Positions 10,216 to 19,428 of a stretch of DNA of 64,000 bases are shown here, piece after piece. Position 1 is the first letter of the stretch; the number at the start of each line of letters is the position of its first letter. This stretch comes from an uncultured bacterium. Lineage in GTDB: Bacteria; Babelota; Babeliae; Babelales; Babelaceae. The stretch spans positions 224,001 to 288,000 of the forward strand of contig CAVRKK010000002.1 in NCBI GenBank assembly GCA_963722385.1, in the 5' to 3' direction. The notes beneath the pieces are model-generated. The model worked only from the letters and a program-made list of their open reading frames with translations, searched no databases and was not told the origin of the DNA. The position numbers were made by a program, and so were the translations under genes.

Positions 10216-12996
10216 CTACGCTTGATCCGTAATTAGATCAAGAGAATGGCATTTGGTATCAAACGTACCGGGTACTAAGGTGCACTGATCGGAGGGACCG
10301 ACGCGGCCGACAAGGACCGTACTCATTTTATCGATAGCAAAGACCTTTTTGACAGCTTGCTTGACATCATCCACAGAAATATTCTGAAAGGCCTGCATAC
10401 GCGTATTATAATAATCGAAGGGCAGCTTGTGATAAGCAAGAAACTCAAAAATCCTCACGATATTGTCCGTGGTAGCATAATATTGGTGCACTGCTTCAGC
10501 AATATTAGCGCGTGCCATTTCAAGGTCTTGTTCAGTTAATGTATCAATATCATGTACAATAAAGTCCCGTAACAATTGATAAGTCTCATCCAGGCGGTCA
10601 TTTGAGACAATAGTGGAGACATAGGAGTATCCAGGCTGTAGGCTAGACCATGCAAGCAGCGAGCCGCGCACTGTATAAAAAGCACCTGTCTGCTGACGCA
10701 ACTTAAAAAGCCGGTCATATAAAAGCTGTTCATAGAGCAAAAGAGCGCCATGATCAGGATGACTATAGGGAACTGAAAGACCCGCAATAGTAAGCGATAC
10801 CTGATCGCGATTCAGATAATGGGAGACCGTTTGTGGTCCCTCATATTGGACATCCGGGTAAGTCATGTCAGATGTGCAACCACCAGTCCATGTACCAAAG
10901 GTGCCTTCCAGAAGGCCTTTTAGATTTAAGTAGGAGCCAAGGTCGCCCACCAAAATAAGCGTAGCATCGCAGGGGGAAATGTTTGTGGTATAAATCTGCT
11001 TAATATCCTCGTTGGTGATAGCGTTGATTGCTGCTGGCTCAGCAACATGATCAACAGCATTGGGATGATTCCTAAAAACAAGCTGTTGACGTATCAGGCC
11101 CATAATTGCTCGGGGATCGTCCCACAGATTTTTGTAACTGGCAAGCATCCAGGCTTTTACTTTAGAAAGCATTGCTGGGTCAAAGGCTGGCTGAGCAATG
11201 AGTTCGCCAAGCAGAGCGAGCATTTGTGGTAGGTCTTTGCTTATACATGAAGCGGTCAAACCACTGGCATTTACGCTAAAAGTTATGCCTAATCGTTTAA
11301 GTTCTTGGAACAGCTCATACGCTGTATGCTTCTGGGTTCCTCCTTCTTGGAGCATATATCCCAAGCATTCAAAAAGTCCTGGCTTGTCTTTGGGTTCATA
11401 GTCAGGCAAGCCAGCTTTAATATTAAGGTTAAGCTTAACAAGCGGGACCTGGTCAGTAATGTGATACAATACCCGAATGCCATTGCCTAACCATATTTCC
11501 TGTGGCTGCGGATAGTTTTGCACCGTAATAGCTGGCTTATCAAGTGTCTTGACGTAGCGGCCTTCTTCTACAGCGAGCGTGCGTATTTTGCCGGCCAAGA
11601 TGCGTGCGTCTTCTTCGTCAGACCGTTCCTGAAGCATCTGCCAGGTGTCAAACTCTTCTGCGGGCAGGGGCAAAATAAAGCCCTTGTGCATTTGCGCTGA
11701 CCGAAAATGCGCAGACGTAAATGCTTTAACTTTTTCGCTCAACGCTTCGGGGGCTTCGTAGATAACCTCATGCATTATTTTATAGAAATAGTTTTCATCA
11801 CCAATCGCGATATAAAGGTCACCTATAGTGTTTGCTTGCTGTGAGTTGCTTTCTAGTATGGTAAAAAAGTTTGCTTTTAATTGAGCAATTGCGGCATCGA
11901 TTTCATCCGCTGAAGGCCCATGTTGTGCAAAGTCTCTGAGCTCTTCCTGCACCACGTTAATTATCTGATCAGCGGCGACAAGGTCTCGTGGTTCAACCAT
12001 TAAGGTATACATGTCCGTATCGTCAAGATCAAGATTGAAGCCTTCGAGAGAATCGACGAGCTGCAATTCATCAACAAGTTTTTTATAAAGGCGTGACGTT
12101 TTTCCGCGTGCTAGAATAATATCGATAAGCGTAAGTAAGTGAAGTTGCTTTTGTTTTTTTCCCGGAACTGCAAAAGCGAGTGCCATTTTTGGCTGTTGAA
12201 CATCGCGATAAATAGTTACTGCTTGTGCACGTAAATCAGCGTTTAGGTAAAACTCGCTTTTTTGATAGCTCGGATCAGCTGGCAGGTGGCCAAAATTTAA
12301 TTGAGCAAGCTCCACAACTTCCCGTGGGTCAACATTACCCACCACAACCAATATCGCATTATTGGGAACATAATGCTTTTTATAAAATTTTTTTAATGTA
12401 TCAGCGCTCACGTTATAGAGATCATGCTTATACCCAATAATAGGGTAGTGATAGGGGTGTTCTGGATTAATGGCGGTGAGCATATCGAGAACAAGAGTGT
12501 GCGCGTAATTATCACGGTATATCTTGAGCTCTTGAATAACTGCTTTAAGCTCTGAGTTAAGCATTTCCTGCCTAAACGTACAGTTGCTCATGCAATCGGC
12601 AAGGATAGGGAGAGCAATCTTCCAGGATTCGGTGGGAAAGTCAAATACCATAGCCGTATGGTCATAACTGGTAAAGGCATTCCAGTTTGCCGAGAATTTT
12701 TGGCCTATGAGGTCGATGTCGGTTTCGGAGAGTCGGTCTGTGCCCTTAAAAAGCATGTGCTCGATCAAATGAGCAATTCCTTTTTCTTGTAAGCCCTCAT
12801 GCTTGGAGCCAACGCCGTAGAAAAGGCGCAGTGATACCTTTTGAGTCGTATTAATTGGTCGTACAAGCACGGTTAGGCCGTTAGTAAGCACGTGTTTTGA
12901 TACTGCAACATTCTCAAATTCGATTTTGGTAGAATCTTGTGCGATTACAAGCGAGCAGAAAAGACCTAAAAGAAAAATAAGCGTATTTATAAGCAT
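10216..12996 (-). CDS. M16-family (insulinase/PqqL-like) zinc peptidase, secreted, two fused halves
   Basis: LTNGL, GIAHLIEHMLFKGT (HxxEH), NAFTSYD, HPY..PIIG, YVPNNAILVVVG. Confidence 0.93.
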   Translation of the reverse strand: MLINTLIFLLGLFCSLVIAQDSTKIEFENVAVSKHVLTNGLTVLVRPINTTQKVSLRLFYGVGSKHEGLQEKGIAHLIEHMLFKGTDRLSETDIDLIGQKFSANWNAFTSYDHTAMVFDFPTESWKIALPILADCMSNCTFRQEMLNSELKAVIQELKIYRDNYAHTLVLDMLTAINPEHPYHYPIIGYKHDLYNVSADTLKKFYKKHYVPNNAILVVVGNVDPREVVELAQLNFGHLPADPSYQKSEFYLNADLRAQAVTIYRDVQQPKMALAFAVPGKKQKQLHLLTLIDIILARGKTSRLYKKLVDELQLVDSLEGFNLDLDDTDMYTLMVEPRDLVAADQIINVVQEELRDFAQHGPSADEIDAAIAQLKANFFTILESNSQQANTIGDLYIAIGDENYFYKIMHEVIYEAPEALSEKVKAFTSAHFRSAQMHKGFILPLPAEEFDTWQMLQERSDEEDARILAGKIRTLAVEEGRYVKTLDKPAITVQNYPQPQEIWLGNGIRVLYHITDQVPLVKLNLNIKAGLPDYEPKDKPGLFECLGYMLQEGGTQKHTAYELFQELKRLGITFSVNASGLTASCISKDLPQMLALLGELIAQPAFDPAMLSKVKAWMLASYKNLWDDPRAIMGLIRQQLVFRNHPNAVDHVAEPAAINAITNEDIKQIYTTNISPCDATLILVGDLGSYLNLKGLLEGTFGTWTGGCTSDMTYPDVQYEGPQTVSHYLNRDQVSLTIAGLSVPYSHPDHGALLLYEQLLYDRLFKLRQQTGAFYTVRGSLLAWSSLQPGYSYVSTIVSNDRLDETYQLLRDFIVHDIDTLTEQDLEMARANIAEAVHQYYATTDNIVRIFEFLAYHKLPFDYYNTRMQAFQNISVDDVKQAVKKVFAIDKMSTVLVGRVGPSDQCTLVPGTFDTKCHSLDLITDQA

Positions 12997-13098
12997 GCGT
13001 ATCTTTCGAGCAATAATATTGTTAATGCCCTGTTAGTATATCAGTGTGTTTGTAAAGTACAATAATCAAATGAATTTTGAATCAAATCGCTTGTCAGA

Positions 13099-13478
13099 AA
13101 GAATGCGCCTCCGCGGCGCCAGCGGCAAGCGGGGTTCTCGCAAACCCCCTTGCAACCCGTGCGCCATGTTCCCTGGACCCTAATCCAAGCGGCCCCACTC
13201 ATGCATCTTGCATCCTGAAAGGATGCGCCGAGCTATTACGAGGGGCCTCATCAGATTTTCATTTATTAAAGATTTTGGTAAAAAGAATGATGCAAAACAA
13301 AAAATCCATTCTCCGTTAGGAGAATTGCGTTTGCCGTAATCATGCGCCCCGCATGGTTATGGCACTAGACGAGATAAAAGATATAGCAGGTAGAGTGCAA
13401 ACATCAGAATCCATGGGTGCAGGGCCGCCGCACTGCCGCTCGACGCGGAGTCGCCCCAGCCGGGCAGGCGATATTCTT
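13099..13478 (+). repeat. Dispersed five-hairpin element, copy B (core 13308-13475) with inverted half-module at left (13099-13180)
   Basis: attctcc-gtta-ggagaat; gccgtaatcatgcg-ccc-cgcatggttatggc; gggtgcagggccgccgcactgccgctcgacgcggagtcgccccagccgggcaggcgatatt. Confidence 0.85.
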
Positions 13479-13556
13479 CGTTATAAGCGATTAGACTGTT
13501 GAACTCCATAAAACAATATGGCATGCTAGAGCAGCTAACTAATCAAGGACACAAAA

Positions 13557-13961
13557 ATGGGCTTTGTAACACTTGCTCGCGATAGGGCAACAGGCAACTA
13601 CCTTATTGTTGATAACGATGATGAAAAATTATACGTTGTTGCAGAGCTATTACTAAATAGCGCAGCGCGCAAAGCCGTAAAAAGCCTCATTGACATTGAC
13701 GACCCTGACCAGGACAAGGCACAGTCTGGCAACTTTAAGTTTATTAAACAGCATGAGCAACATATCGATATCAAGCTTTACGATCCCCAAAGGCCCCGCG
13801 ACGCTGCTAACCCTCTTGAAATTATAATAGCTCTTTCCCTTCTTGATGACCTCATCGATGCATGGGAAATGTATATGCTTGAGCCGCCTGAAAAATTGGT
13901 CCTTTCACGAAGACGCGACTCTGATATAATTCAGCTTGGCCCTGAGCCTATTCTTACGTAA
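13557..13961 (+). CDS. Hypothetical acidic protein
   Basis: AAGGA RBS, 134 aa. Confidence 0.65.
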   Translation: MGFVTLARDRATGNYLIVDNDDEKLYVVAELLLNSAARKAVKSLIDIDDPDQDKAQSGNFKFIKQHEQHIDIKLYDPQRPRDAANPLEIIIALSLLDDLIDAWEMYMLEPPEKLVLSRRRDSDIIQLGPEPILT

Positions 13962-14008
13962 CAAAGCCGGTTAATATCGCATACGGACGATAAAAAAGTT
14001 GATATACT

Positions 14009-14995
14009 ATGATCGGCATTTTACTTTTTCATAACCGGAGTGTTCTTATGGAACTGGCAGGCATCGTGCGCTCAATAATTAAGCAAACATTGATTCTAGC
14101 AATCATAAGCATAACAGCGAGCAATATTAAGGGACATGCCATCTCAACATCGATTGGCCAATATGAGCCTGGTCTTGCTTTTGCTGCTGGCATGGTGGCG
14201 CGCGGCGTAACAACCGCTATAGGATTTCATCTCGCTGGCAAAGTGTTTGATCAACAGCGCGTACTTCGCGGCATAAACATGACCGAACCCTATAAAAAGT
14301 ATTTTGTCGAAGATCTTTTTGAGACACTTACCGGTCTTGACCTTGCTATTGTTGCCTGGACAACAGCACACCTTACCTTCAAGCCGGTAGCTAACGTGGC
14401 ATCACTAGCCAAAACAGTATCGCCATCTGACCTGGTACGAAGCAAAACTTTTGACCTTGGTTACTTAAACGGCATGGATACCTGGTATACCTACACAACA
14501 CTGCTGTCGCTCTATGCCATGCTTAAGAAATACTCTAGTAGACCGACTTTAGCAGATTATAAAGCTTTAATAGAACAAACAAAAGATACCGCCAACTCAT
14601 CCGCCTTAATAGCTTCTCTTCCCGATGAAGAATTATGGCAAGGCTTCCAGCAACGGGAAACTCTCGCTTCCTTTTCCACCGGACTTTTAACAAGCTACCT
14701 TAACTTCATGTTCGCTGAATACGTAGCCAGCAAGGCATGCGGTAAAGAATGGTATAATGAGGGCTTTAAAACAAAAGTATCCGCCGTATTGATAATTTTT
14801 AATATAGGAATCACCCTGAACGCGCTCACCAAAGCTATTTATTTTGGGCTACGTGACGAAACGCTCTCTGCCTGTCATGCATGCGATGAGTCATTCAAGG
14901 GTGGCGACGATTTGGCCTATGTGTTAAGCGGCGTTATCCCAGGATGGATGGCATTCTATAAAAATTTAATGTCACCCAAAGTCAAAACTGCGTAA
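14009..14995 (+). CDS. Hypothetical membrane protein (start may be 14048)
   Basis: 328 aa ORF with signal/TM segments, followed by terminator. Confidence 0.65.
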   Translation: MIGILLFHNRSVLMELAGIVRSIIKQTLILAIISITASNIKGHAISTSIGQYEPGLAFAAGMVARGVTTAIGFHLAGKVFDQQRVLRGINMTEPYKKYFVEDLFETLTGLDLAIVAWTTAHLTFKPVANVASLAKTVSPSDLVRSKTFDLGYLNGMDTWYTYTTLLSLYAMLKKYSSRPTLADYKALIEQTKDTANSSALIASLPDEELWQGFQQRETLASFSTGLLTSYLNFMFAEYVASKACGKEWYNEGFKTKVSAVLIIFNIGITLNALTKAIYFGLRDETLSACHACDESFKGGDDLAYVLSGVIPGWMAFYKNLMSPKVKTA

Positions 14996-15017
14996 TTATT
15001 TTTTTCATTCACGTTAT

Positions 15018-15049
15018 TATACGGCGCTTTCCAAAAAAAGCGCCGTATA
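15018..15049. terminator. Intrinsic terminator-like hairpin
   Basis: tatacggcgcttt...aaagcgccgtata. Confidence 0.7.
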
Positions 15050-15120
15050 TATTCATGATTGACAGTCTTTCGCGAAGATACTATAGTTTGGTGAAGTTAA
15101 TTTTACTACTGGGGGCTGTT

Positions 15121-16101
15121 ATGAAAAGATGGCTAATACTCTGCTATTTTATAGCATCGGCATCCATAAGCAATGCTATGGAAATAAAAGATGTGTTTCA
15201 AGAATCGCACTACTTGAGTAAGGGTTCTAACCAAGCAAGTCCCGAAATAACGCAACGTGTGCACAACATACTCAAGGAAGCTGGTTTTGAAATTGATGTT
15301 AACGTTGTTCACGACCCGAGCATACCATGTGGCCAGGCATACCTTGCCGGCTACCTGCCGCCTTATTCTTTAGTAATCGGCGGCAACACGCCTGAATGTC
15401 TTGAGGAGACAAGATTCCCTATCTATGTTCACGCGGAATACGCCCTCAATAACTATCCATTGGTCAAGCCCGCCGTACAATCAGGTTCTCTTGGTGTAGG
15501 ACTATCGATCCTTTTCTCAAAACTTTTTTCCCTCAAAAATCCTCTTTCTGTCCCTCGTGGCCCCTGGATTTTGGTACCCTTGCTTTCCGTAACTTCTTTG
15601 CTTATTGGTGAAAAAGTTGATGATAAAGTGCAAGAACGTGTCGAACTGAGCATCGCAAAAAAGCTTCTCGAGCAAAACAAGCTGCCAATTGTGCTTCGTG
15701 AAATTTTAAGAAGCCAAGAAGAGAAATCCTATCATAATGCTAAAACCAGGTACCTGCGCGACTATAATTTAAAAAATTTCCTCATCGAGGAAGGGATCAA
15801 TTTTGAGGAAGAGCTCTATTCTCTCTGGAAAGCACGAAAAAGAGCAGCATGGGAACAAAATAACGTAACGGCGCTGGAACAGGTAGCGATGCTCGTTGAT
15901 GAAATAAAAACGCTGAGCTACCCTTTTGAGACCGATTACGATGACCAAATGCGCGTCGATTACCAAGAGCGCTACGAACAGCAAATATTATTTGCTTATA
16001 ATTTTTTGTGCGAAATGACTGGCATGAAGCCTGCTGTTTCGTTTAAAGAAATCACCAAGCTGTTTGAACTTGGTTTTAAGATACCTGAACCAGCCGCGTA
16101 A
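15121..16101 (+). CDS. Secreted paralog of 6118..7575, apparently lacking HExxH; carries C-terminal YN-module
   Basis: Signal peptide; WKARKRAAWE..ALEQVAMLVDEIK aligns with WKEMKQDEWE..AAQQIRDLISNIK. Confidence 0.65.
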   Translation: MKRWLILCYFIASASISNAMEIKDVFQESHYLSKGSNQASPEITQRVHNILKEAGFEIDVNVVHDPSIPCGQAYLAGYLPPYSLVIGGNTPECLEETRFPIYVHAEYALNNYPLVKPAVQSGSLGVGLSILFSKLFSLKNPLSVPRGPWILVPLLSVTSLLIGEKVDDKVQERVELSIAKKLLEQNKLPIVLREILRSQEEKSYHNAKTRYLRDYNLKNFLIEEGINFEEELYSLWKARKRAAWEQNNVTALEQVAMLVDEIKTLSYPFETDYDDQMRVDYQERYEQQILFAYNFLCEMTGMKPAVSFKEITKLFELGFKIPEPAA

Positions 16102-16138
16102 GATCCTCATATTTATGTTTATGCAATAGTTGGCAGCA

Positions 16139-16725
16139 TTGACACTCCCCCATGGATAAAATAGTGCCGAGCACCATCCAGGGGACTCTTGCTTCATCGA
16201 GCAGCCAGCGCCGTCTCTCCACAAGCCTTAAGGACGGATCCTCCGTCGCTAAAGCTATGGCGGACAGGCTGTCCGAGCGTGGGTGACGAAGCCTTGGCGA
16301 AGTCTCCCCGCCCTGATATTTATACTCGCATTCAAATCTCTGTCCATTACCATGCCACATGATTGGCAAGTATAGGTTCGAATACTGAGCGGCATTTCTT
16401 GTCTACTTTTGCATGTAGAGCAAAGCTTACTTGTTGGCTCAAACCTATCTATTATGACAAGATGTTTGCCATACCAATCACATTTGTATTGAAGATAGAG
16501 CTTAAATGTATACCAGCCAACATCCACTATCGCTCGTGCCAGTTTTCTATTTCTTATCATGCCGCTTACTGACAGGTTTTCTATTGCAACAACATCGTGG
16601 TTTTTGATTATTGCTGTTGTCAGTTTATGTAAAAAGTCTTTTCTTTGGTTTCGTACATAAAGATATTTTAGCATCATTTTATTTGACGCATAGGCCATCT
16701 TGCTGGTTTTTTTGTCCAAAACCAC
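16139..16725 (-). pseudogene. tnpB: IS200/IS605-family tnpB 3' remnant with right end
   Basis: RNQRKDFLHKLTT, IENLSV, FEPTSKLCSTC..YTCQSCG..DRDLNASINI; N-terminal two-thirds absent; right-end hairpin tcccc..gggga then gtgTCAA ending at 16139. Confidence 0.88.
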
Positions 16726-16807
16726 GAATACATCCGCTCTCTTAAGGCTTAAGCATTTGATTTTATTATAAGATACTTTATGATAATATTATTATAAATA
16801 GCAATAA

Positions 16808-17932
16808 ATGAGGTTCTTGGTGAAATTAAAATTTTTTAAAGTAAACTTTATTCCCCTTGCTCTGATCTCTATCTTTTGTAGCTTAAGCCTTATTGCCAGC
16901 GATCAACAAGACAACGAATTGGAAAGCGTTATTGAAGGCTTAGAAACTCCTACTGCCGGCTTTGCGATGGCTTCTCAGCTTGCTCTGAGCGGACTTAATG
17001 GCTGGAACACGTTTGAATTAGACTCAACCGATGGATTAGATCTTTATAATACCATGCGTAAAAAACTTGGTATGCCCCGCGCTTCTACACTTGACAAGAT
17101 AGACAAAGATTGGCTGTATGAGTTTGCCAAAACCAAGTCAAAGGCGCAAGTGCTACATTCTCAAGATGTTTGTGGGCCGCGCCTGCAGGAACAACAAATA
17201 GCTTTGGAAGCTGCTCGCCTTGTGCATTTCAATCGCCCATTAGCCGCCTTAAGCTTTACCTCTCATGCCAGAAAAGGCGCGGCTTCCATCATGCATGACC
17301 CTGTACAAAACTACATAGTTTTTGCACAACAACCAGATTTAGACATTACCTCGTTTACGGTTTACCATGAGCTCAATCATCTCATACATAATGATACTCT
17401 CAAAGAGGCGTTATTAGAGGATAACCGCGAATACCTTGACTTTCTTACGCAAGAATGCACGTTTATAGCCAGCTTGCACCGGGCGCAACAGTATCTTGAG
17501 CAAGGAGTCCGCTTATTACCGGCGTTACAGAGTACAGCAATCGGCAAGCAACTTGCCAAGCTTTTCATGCAAGCACAACAAAAGGCAGATAACCACGCAT
17601 TGTTTTGGAACATGGCAAGCGATGATGAAGATTATCAGAAAATGCTCTATCTGCGCCAACAAGAAAAGATGGCAGACCTTTTTGCTTGTGATCAATTAAT
17701 GAAGCTCAAAAAATTATCACCCATTCTGGGCTTTTTACAGGTATGGACATTTTCTCATTATTATGCGAAGCCTTTTGTGATTGCTGAGCGTTATAATATT
17801 CATCCTTCGCATACTGAAAGAGCATTGTACATTATAGGTTTACTCGCCGACCATCTTCCTAACCTTGCGCAGGTCATCCAAATCTGGAAAAACACGGGCG
17901 AATGTTCACCTATAGATCCTTTTCGCACCTAG
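16808..17932 (+). CDS. Secreted M48-like zinc metalloprotease with N-terminal YN-module
   Basis: Signal peptide; YHELNH, QEKMADLFACDQL (cf. YERDADLFACNQL in 6118), IHPSHTER. Confidence 0.75.
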   Translation: MRFLVKLKFFKVNFIPLALISIFCSLSLIASDQQDNELESVIEGLETPTAGFAMASQLALSGLNGWNTFELDSTDGLDLYNTMRKKLGMPRASTLDKIDKDWLYEFAKTKSKAQVLHSQDVCGPRLQEQQIALEAARLVHFNRPLAALSFTSHARKGAASIMHDPVQNYIVFAQQPDLDITSFTVYHELNHLIHNDTLKEALLEDNREYLDFLTQECTFIASLHRAQQYLEQGVRLLPALQSTAIGKQLAKLFMQAQQKADNHALFWNMASDDEDYQKMLYLRQQEKMADLFACDQLMKLKKLSPILGFLQVWTFSHYYAKPFVIAERYNIHPSHTERALYIIGLLADHLPNLAQVIQIWKNTGECSPIDPFRT

Positions 17933-18013
17933 CAAAATGCCCTTTAAACCCTCCTTCGCTGAGCAAATAGAAGCCGCCAGCCCGCCGGAGGCAATTTTTG
18001 CTTTTCCGCCTTT

Positions 18014-18044
18014 GTCAATGACCCACGATTAAAATCCTGGGCTT
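18014..18044. mobile_element. Orphan IS200/IS605-type terminal hairpin
   Basis: gtcaatgacccacgattaaaatcctgggctt: ccca.gatt/aatc.tggg stem next to GTCAA, resembling IS605-family ends. Confidence 0.45.
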
Positions 18045-18170
18045 CCTTGCTCTTCTCGTGATAGAAATGCTATCAAATATTAACTTCAAATGTCGATATT
18101 TTATTTTGTTTGTTATATATTATAAATTATCCTTAGAATAGAATTTTCAAATAGAATCAGACACAACAAG

Positions 18171-18319
18171 AGCCTATCTGAACTAAATTTGTGTGAAGAT
18201 AATGATCTGGAAGGCATCTTGGATTCACGCTATCTTTCCAGCTTGGTAAAATAGCAATTCAGCAGCGACAGTTAACTATTGATGGCTTCATCAACTGAGA
18301 CATCTGGAAAAGCCTTCTT
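18171..18319. repeat. Degenerate direct repeat, copy 1 (includes hicB 3' end)
   Basis: Aligns over ~148 bp with 19146-19296. Confidence 0.85.
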
Positions 18320-18706
18320 CACGCGGGCTAGGGTTACAAGTGTTGGATTAGCACGTCTAGTTTCTAGCTTTTGATAGCTATACAGAGTATTAAAGCCCAT
18401 CTTTTTTGCAGCTTCTTGTTGAGTTAGCCCGTTCAAAATTCTGTTTCGCCTAACCATAAAAGAGAAGGCAATCTGCGGCGACACTGCTACCTCAACAATA
18501 TCTTTTTTCAGTTTAATCGATGCATCAGGCAATGCCGCAAGATCCTTAGACTTCTCGGGTTCTTCTATATAGAGATCGAGAGCTTCCTGCATATTTTTTT
18601 GAAGCTCTTCCATAGTATCACCTTCTGTTATACATCCTAGGAGCTCTATACATCGCGCTGAATAGCCCCCGACTTTTTCTTTCCTTATTTTGAAATGGTA
18701 TTTCAT
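18272..18706 (-). CDS. hicB: HicB-family antitoxin with C-terminal XRE HTH
   Basis: GGYSARCIELLGCITEGDT.EE...NMQEAL, then LTQQEAAKKMG..SYQKLE..NPTL. Confidence 0.9.
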   Translation of the reverse strand: MKYHFKIRKEKVGGYSARCIELLGCITEGDTMEELQKNMQEALDLYIEEPEKSKDLAALPDASIKLKKDIVEVAVSPQIAFSFMVRRNRILNGLTQQEAAKKMGFNTLYSYQKLETRRANPTLVTLARVKKAFPDVSVDEAINS

Positions 18707-18906
18707 TTTTTTGTCCCTTCTTTAATGCTTTCTAATAATTTTCTAAAGTCATGCTCTGTACCTGGCTTTAGTTCTTTATGATCAGGAATAATAACAGTAG
18801 GACAATTCTTTTTTTTAAGTTTCATATGACTTCCCTTCCCTCCACTGACAAGCACATAGCCACAATCCTCAAAAAGCTTGCGCATTTTTCTACCACTGAT
18901 AGGCAT
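18703..18906 (-). CDS. hicA: HicA-family mRNA interferase toxin
   Basis: GKGSHMKL, IIPDHKELKPGT; 4-bp overlap with hicB. Confidence 0.9.
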   Translation of the reverse strand: MPISGRKMRKLFEDCGYVLVSGGKGSHMKLKKKNCPTVIIPDHKELKPGTEHDFRKLLESIKEGTKK

Positions 18907-19083
18907 CGCTACTCTCCACTGTTGCTTCCTCAGTTGTTTATTTTATCTTAACAACTATAGGTGGTAAAATCAAGAACAAAATAACGACAAACTGTTATTT
19001 TCAAAATAATAAGGGTGGCATCTGATACTTGGCAGGAATGCGATCATTCCATATTTTGCACTTTTTGGGCGACACCGTTCCAA

Positions 19084-19140
19084 GGGTCCAGGGCTTGCTC
19101 GCCGCACAGGCGATAAATTACCTTTGCCGCCTACGCAGAA
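19084..19140 (+). repeat. Truncated half-copy (E) of the five-hairpin element
   Basis: gggtccaggg..tgctcgcc-gcaca-ggcgata followed by inverted cgcctacgcag. Confidence 0.6.
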
Positions 19141-19145
19141 GCAAC

Positions 19146-19296
19146 AGCCTACTGAACTAAATTTGTGTGAAAATAACGACCTGTAAGGATCTCGGAGTTT
19201 TCAGCACGCTATCTTTCCTGCTTGGTAAAGCAGCAATTGAGCATCGACAGTTTAACTTATTGATGGCTTCATCAAGATACCTGGCAAAGCCTTCTT
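19146..19296. repeat. Degenerate direct repeat, copy 2
   Basis: Aligns with 18171-18319. Confidence 0.85.
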
Positions 19297-19428
19297 GATA
19301 ATAAATTGTCTGTCTCTTTTCGTAAACGATCAGCACTTTTAAGATAAACTGTTGCAACCTTTAATTCAAACATGCTATTTTCAAATTATAAATAATTTTA
19401 GTTTTTTAATTAATAAAAGGAGGCCCCC

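Noticed and set aside
13077..13319. 80-aa ORF with TTG start
   Set aside because: Reads through the GC-rich left arm of copy B; likely spurious.
16076..16369. 97-aa minus-strand ORF
   Set aside because: Alternative frame over the tnpB right end and palindromes.
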